Source: Macrostomum lignano
Lineage: Eukaryota
Direction: 5' to 3'
Assembly: GCA_002269645.1 (NCBI GenBank)
Contig: NIVC01000202.1
Location: forward strand, 620,001-684,000
DNA: 64,000 nucleotides
In this document: positions 58,230-64,000 of the stretch, one piece after another
How positions within the stretch are numbered: the first letter of the stretch is position 1
Layout: every line of letters begins with the position of its first letter
Translations under genes and position numbers: made by a program
The notes under the pieces: generated by a model
What the model saw: only the letters and a program-made list of their open reading frames with translations
The model's database searches: none
What the model was told of the DNA's origin: nothing

Positions 58230-59109
58230 TATATAATGTTAGACTATACAATGATTATTATTAATTCATTTGATAGTTAAGTGTATTGTAGCCAGGTATT
58301 AATTAGCATAGAAAAGTTTATTTGAAAGTATCAGCCAATTCAAAATATTGAATTGTTGTAAGTGTGCAATGCTGCCAATGGTAAAATAGTACTCAACCCA
58401 ATATTATACCAAAACAATAGCAAGAGAAATGAAAAATCTGGTGATACAAATTACGACTTGAATAAGAAAGTACGACCCAGCGGCGATGAACAATTACGTG
58501 TAAACGATACATACACGAACACAGTGGTGGTCAACAGGTTTAACTACTTGATTTGAAATTTCAGAGAAGGTAGTTCTAATGATGGTTAGATCTAACTTAG
58601 AGTTTTTTGTTGAGAAGCAAAACAGAATTTTTTTGTCAAATTTTACTCCTATACATTAAGACACTGCAGGTATAATTTTTTAACTACGAACGTACTAGAA
58701 TTTTGTTAGAATTATATTTGAAACGAAACTCAAGAGCGTAAACAGCCACAATTTCAGTTTTCTAATGTTAAACACAATAAAAGTCATATTGATATACATG
58801 TAGATTATGATAAATTTGCATAAAAATGCCTTCTTTCGCATAAAAAATGCGTGCATATACGTAGTATAAACAAGGACGACTTTAAGTGCATTCTCGAGAA
58901 TATTCTCACTCGAGCTTTTCATTCTCAGAATTTTTGGATCGAGAATCAGGTCGTAAGCAGTAGTTAGCTATGAAATATGATTCCAATTCGTGGAGCTATC
59001 TGCTTTTTTGAGAAACCAAAAGCAGAGCTTCAATTTGACTCTTTGCTCAAAAAAGGGCAACAGCCTTCACTCTCCCATATACATGTATTTTTTTAACTCA
59101 ATCCACAGC

Positions 59110-59240
59110 AATCCGACGTCGGCAACGTCGGCAACGTCGGCCGACGTTCTCAACGTCTATCGATACGTCGGCTGAACGTCGGTGTAATTTAAAAGTACAT
59201 ATTTGTCAGCGACATCGATAGGCGTCTTGGACGTCGGATT
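59110..59240. repeat. Small inverted-repeat element rich in ACGTCGG
   Basis: Perfect 11-bp IR AATCCGACGTC / GACGTCGGATT enclosing several ACGTCGG motifs. Confidence 0.45.
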
Positions 59241-60360
59241 TCTGCACAGGGAATAATGTGAACCAATATTATAGAACTAGAGAGGCGTTTTTTGTCGTCG
59301 AATTTAAGCTGTTTTTTTAATGAACCCTAGAAATGATATATATATACTGGTAAATAAATAGCAAAAAAATCCGCCAAAAAGTTGTGAGTTCAAAAATAAT
59401 AATATGCAGCATCCACTAAGCTGCTCACATGGAGACCACACGTACCGCCGACAGAATCCGGGACGCCGGCGTTAAATAGTTATCGGGCAGTCGATAAAGT
59501 ATAATATGCGATGTGTGGTGTTACATATAAATGGATATATAATCGCATTTGAATTATGAGGTTTAAGAGTTACATGCGTGTATTGGACTGGTCCCTAATC
59601 CGTTTGAAATTCTATCTAATGAATTGATATACGAATGATACGAGCGTAGTTACGAGCTACATAATTTATTACCAAACAGGTAGGTGTTAGCTTTGTTATT
59701 TTTATCTTTCCTCTACCTTCACCTGTCATTTTTCCATAGTACAGTAGCAGATACAGAAACTACACGTAAGAGCTATGGGTGAGCAGGCCAAAACTGATAA
59801 AATATTAGCCTGCAAGTTAAAAAATTTGCGACCTTGAAATAATTGATGCAAATGGGATTATAAATGGAATTAGCAAACATCTTAGAGTATAAATAGAGTT
59901 AAGTGGGAAAATAAATGAAGCAATTAGATGCGATTATCGTCCACTTGGTCAAATATTACATATGTATAGCAATCCAATCCACGGTGTCTTTCGGGCCACT
60001 AACTAGCGACAAACCATATCAAGCATGAAATCATGCAAACACAAAGATATATAACTAGAAGCGCCTCTAGAGAGTGTCCTCGAAGGTGGAGTGATGGAGT
60101 AATTGAGTTGCCTTTCTCACATGACATCACAACTGGTCCAAATCGAAGATCAGCTTCAGCGTTAAATATAATTTGTCTAAATGAAGATGGGAAGAGTTGA
60201 GTCAAAAATCAATTATTGACTTTGACAAAATATCAGGTTTCGGAGGCTATTTAATGAAAGTTAAATGTCTTGCCCGTGCCAAACATCACCGCCCCCTTGT
60301 TTCTTAGTCGCTAGCGTTTCTTTGACAGCTATTTCTAGTCTATATTAGAACAAGCGCCAA

Positions 60361-62005
60361 ATGTTGCGTCTTGAAATCAAAGTCTTCTTCTGCATTGCTG
60401 TGGTCTTACTCAGTTATCTACCGCCGTCTTTTGAAGAAGAAACTGGTAAGACGTAGCCGAAAACTTAGATATGAGTAGTTATAATTTAATCATAATTTAC
60501 GAGCAAAGAACTCACTTACACATGAAAAGCAGAATTGCATAGAATTCTTCAAGAGCGTCAGAGAGTTTGTTTTTGTTTTGTTGTATTTAGTGACTCAAAA
60601 AATGAATATCTGTCAGAATCTTTAAGCAACAGAAATAATTGTCACGCTTTACATTACTGAAATGATGTCCGATGCAGTACTAAAAGTGCAGTTAAAATTA
60701 TGGCCCTATGTACCAATCTTGCCAGATGAGCAGGTCTATGAGCTGATCTCAGCAGCCGATTCGTGCACGGTGGACGCGTCTACTCGAATTTCAACAAAGT
60801 TTGCTGCTCAGTGCGCGCATTTGGCCAAGCAAGAGTCCAGCTGTAGATCCTTCAGCTTCTCGGACATCGATGGCGGAACTTGCATTCTGTCCGAGAGTCC
60901 GGGCTGCGTGGCGCCCTCAGCTAACAGGCTGTTTAGAAAGAAGGTGATAGGTAAGCTTGATTCAGTTTGCATGAAGTCTTTTATGGTGACGGTCTGACCA
61001 TTGTCAGGCATTTACACTGTCTCGGGGGGTGGCCCTCATGGACGAGAGCATTGCACAAGCCCCAAGCATCTTTTCATGCACGTGCCCCAGATTAATGTGG
61101 CCGGGCAACGGAGTTGAACCGGGGTTCGCGAGAGTCGGACGCGTTAACCGCTGAGCTGCTCTGATCCCTGGGAGACATAAAAAACTTTGTAAATGAGCTA
61201 TCATCCAGGAACTTTTCTTTATCGGAATCCTCATCATTCATCTTTGCTCTCTTCAGCCTGCGGTTTGCACGACCTCAGTGACTATCCGGGATACGAGTTT
61301 CAGATTGGCACTCGCTGCTTCTGGGTATCCCAGCAGCGACTGAATGGAGACGTCAGCTTCGATAGGAACTGGGCGCAATACGAGTCCGGATTTGGAGATT
61401 CTAAAAGCTTCTGGAGTGGTGGGTTGCGCGTTTGCACTGCGTAGTAGCTAGGCTTGTAAACTAACAAGCATGAGAGAAGTTCGATTTTTTAAATAAATAA
61501 AAAAGATCTTAGCAATTAAATAATTTGTTTAAACCTTATCTGCGCACAAGGTCTGCAAGCTCTGCACAGCATTACGAGTACATGCGATTCGGGCGTCACT
61601 CTCCGCATTGAGATGACAATTTTGAATGGATCAACTTTCGTTGCTGAATGGTCCAATTTTGTTGTCGAAGATGCTGCTAAAAAGTACAGAATGACCTACG
61701 GAGAAATGATTGCCGGAGGCGGCACCAATGTCAGCGGGGACTGCTTGGCCTTCCACAGAGGCATGAAATTTTCTACCGTGGACAGAGACAACGACAGAAG
61801 CGGGATCAACTGCGCTTATAAGTGGGGCCGTGGTGGCGGATTTTGGTACAACAGATGCGTCTCGTTCAGCCCGAACTCACTCTACTCAACCGAAGACATG
61901 AACAATGCAAAGTACATCTCTTGTGCCTACGTTGCGTCCGGACAGTCAGAAAACAGATATAACACGCTGCGAGAGATTCGAATGATGCTTCAGCTGAGTC
62001 CATGA
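60361..62005 (+). CDS. Secreted PAN/Apple + fibrinogen C-terminal (FReD) domain protein, 308 aa
   Basis: Exons 60361-60445, 60726-60950, 61257-61418, 61551-62005 join in frame (927 nt). Signal peptide; PAN-like CAHLAKQESSCRSFSF..GTCILS; FReD QQRLNGDVSFDRNWAQYESGFG..FWSGLQALH..MKFSTVDRDND..CA..GGGFWYNRC. Confidence 0.88.
61020..61158 (-). mobile_element. Probable second tRNA-derived SINE family head (FReD gene intron 2)
   Basis: Reverse complement AGCTCAGCGGTTAACGCG..CCGGTTCAACTCC gives A and B boxes. Single copy; 3' boundary unknown. Confidence 0.45.
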
Positions 62006-62911
62006 AATCGAACTCACATACAGGTTGTTAACATATTCGGTTCGAACCTATACTCAACCTTCGTGAGGTGAAAGAGAAAATAAATTTACTAAAACTCGTC
62101 GAAGAACTTATACCGCCGAGTAAACCAACAGCAATTCCACAAAACCTCATTTTCTCTTTTTAAATGAGCTTTCTACTTTTTGCCACGATTCAGCTCGTTT
62201 CCAGTGATGTGTTACGAGCATTAAGTTGTCCTTGACTTTTCGAATATACACCCTGTGATATAAACGCTATAAACCAAAGTTGTCAAGCTCCCTATTCTAT
62301 AGCTGTGGGGGAAAACTGAGCCACAAATTTGCTAAAAAAACGTTTCTATGCCAAAATACACCGCTAGCTGACAATTGTCAAAGTTTAGTAGCCCTCGGGA
62401 CTACTGAAGTTATTAATGAAGTTAGCCTGAGTTATTTAAGTGAAAAGAATAACCGAGTTGCCTGTTAAGCATGTGCGCAGTGGGCCGACAGCCATGCATG
62501 GTGCTTAACTCGCGTAGCTGCTATGCACCAGGTTGCGTCTCTAATACGAGTATACATCTCAGTTCTCCACCGACTAGCGATGGAGTGACAGATCAGTTTA
62601 CACCATCCCCCCAGCCATGATGTGTCTACCGTTAAAAAGCACAAGCTCAAATTCTGCCGTCTGAATTTTTAGGGGACACCGCCTAAGTACCTGGAGACAG
62701 AGTAAAGCTCTTATTGAAGCTTTCAGTTTTGCGATTAACGCAGCACCATGCGGTGAATTATAAATCAACACAACAAAAAACAGAAGATGTGCGTCAAAGC
62801 TACTGAACTTTGACCGATGGTCGAGGATTTTTAATAAAACTCACAAAATCTATGGCCCTTTGACTTGCGATCGCATCGAGAAACATCTTTGGATTATATA
62901 ATCTTTATTTA

Positions 62912-63129
62912 CACCAAGGAGTTCTATAAGTAGCAATCTGGAGTGGAAGCGAGTTTTACCTCATGAGGCCACGCCTATTGTAAAGATAAGGAACCAGCAC
63001 TGAATGTCTATATGTCTCTGTCTGACTCTGTCTATGGTAGTCTGGCCTCATGAGGTAAAACTGAAAAACTCGTTTCCACCTGAAAAACTCGTTTCCACTC
63101 CAGGTTGCTAATTATAGAACTCCTTGATG
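62912..63129. mobile_element. MITE with long terminal inverted repeats and TA flanks (Tc1/mariner-type)
   Basis: TA|CACCAAGGAGTTCTA..GGAGTGGAAGCGAGTTTTACCTCATGAGGCCA ... TGGCCTCATGAGGTAAAA..CCACTCCAGG..TAGAACTCCTTGATG|TA. Confidence 0.75.
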
Positions 63130-63291
63130 TACACCTATGAAGCTGTTCGTCTATGGTACGTGTATTTGACTTTTTGTGTGCCCGTGTCGGAGTAAAGCAA
63201 AGTTTTTATCGGTCCTTGGGTTCAATTAACTTATTTTTTTCGTTGTTGCTATATCACAAGAAGGGTATAAAACATACAAAAACTTATAAAA

Positions 63292-63894
63292 ATGGAAATG
63301 CTGTCAACGATGACTCTTCAGAGCAATGCCTCGCAGCAGGCTGGCTGCTACATTCAAGCAACCTTCAATGAAGTGGCTACAAAGGAGGTAAGAGGCTAAA
63401 ATAATTGACACAATACAGCGGGCGTAGCTTCATCTTGTTTTATTCATAGAACTATAATTCCGACAAGTGATAAAGAATGTAGATACTATAGTAATTTTAT
63501 CAAACGCAGGTTCACAAGAACGCCAAGGCCATAGAGCTGAATCCCTACAAGAGGTTGCTTTGCATACTCACCGATTCCTGTATCGAGCACATGGACGTGT
63601 TTAACGACGGCACCATGGGAGAAATTGTCAACACCTGGCCGTTCAACGCCAACCAAATGCGTTTCTGCCGAAACGGATTCGCCCTCATCACTGAGGACCA
63701 CCAGCTGTCTCTGATTACTAGTCGCGGCTACCGAGTAAAAGTTGTCAATGACTTTGAGAAGGCCAGCATGGGCTGCAACCTGTGGGGCATCGATTTACAC
63801 GAGGAAGAGGGTTACATGTACATTGGGGACAATTCGTCCTGCACTCTGTGGCGTCGGCGCTTTCCTAAGCTTGACAGGATCCGGTCTGACAAAG
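63292..63894 (+). CDS. 5' part of an unidentified gene, possibly a beta-propeller (NHL/YWTD-like) protein; continues beyond the window
   Basis: Candidate exons ~63292/63310-63387 (GAG|GTAAGA) and 63552-63894 (G|GTAATG) join in frame. LWGIDLHEEEGYMYIGDNSSCTLWRR resembles a propeller blade. Start and identity uncertain. Confidence 0.4.
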
Positions 63895-64000
63895 GTAATG
63901 CATGAATTTCGGTATATAGTAAACATACTTTGCTCCACAGACTACTAATTACACTAACTATCGCATGAGCAGATCTGATTGTTATAAGCAAACCTGATTG

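Overview
This is eukaryotic animal DNA. The GC/Ala-rich exons, minisatellite-filled introns and gene set suggest a free-living flatworm such as Macrostomum (inference). I assembled eight spliced genes by reading GT/AG sites and checking codon phase. In order they are: the 3' part of a ClC-3/4/5 chloride transporter (+); CABIN1 (+); an anion-selective-type nicotinic receptor alpha subunit (+); Vav (-); a type I membrane receptor with 7 C-type lectin domains plus a kringle (-); a 61-aa three-exon COPS9/CSNAP gene that the ORF track shows only as fragments (-); a PAN/Apple + fibrinogen-domain protein (+); and the start of an unidentified gene (+). Most long ORFs in the track are artefacts of stop-free tandem repeats. 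About 30 tandem arrays, five copies of a tRNA-derived SINE and several MITE-like elements are present. Two head-to-tail pairs (ClC->CABIN1 and COPS9->lectin receptor) look like operons. In each, the downstream gene has a phase-0 splice acceptor where its initiator Met should be, so the AUG may come from the trans-spliced leader. A ~2-kb stretch with only one CpG is bounded by splice sites of COPS9. The Vav C1 domain has lost three of the four ligands of one zinc site.
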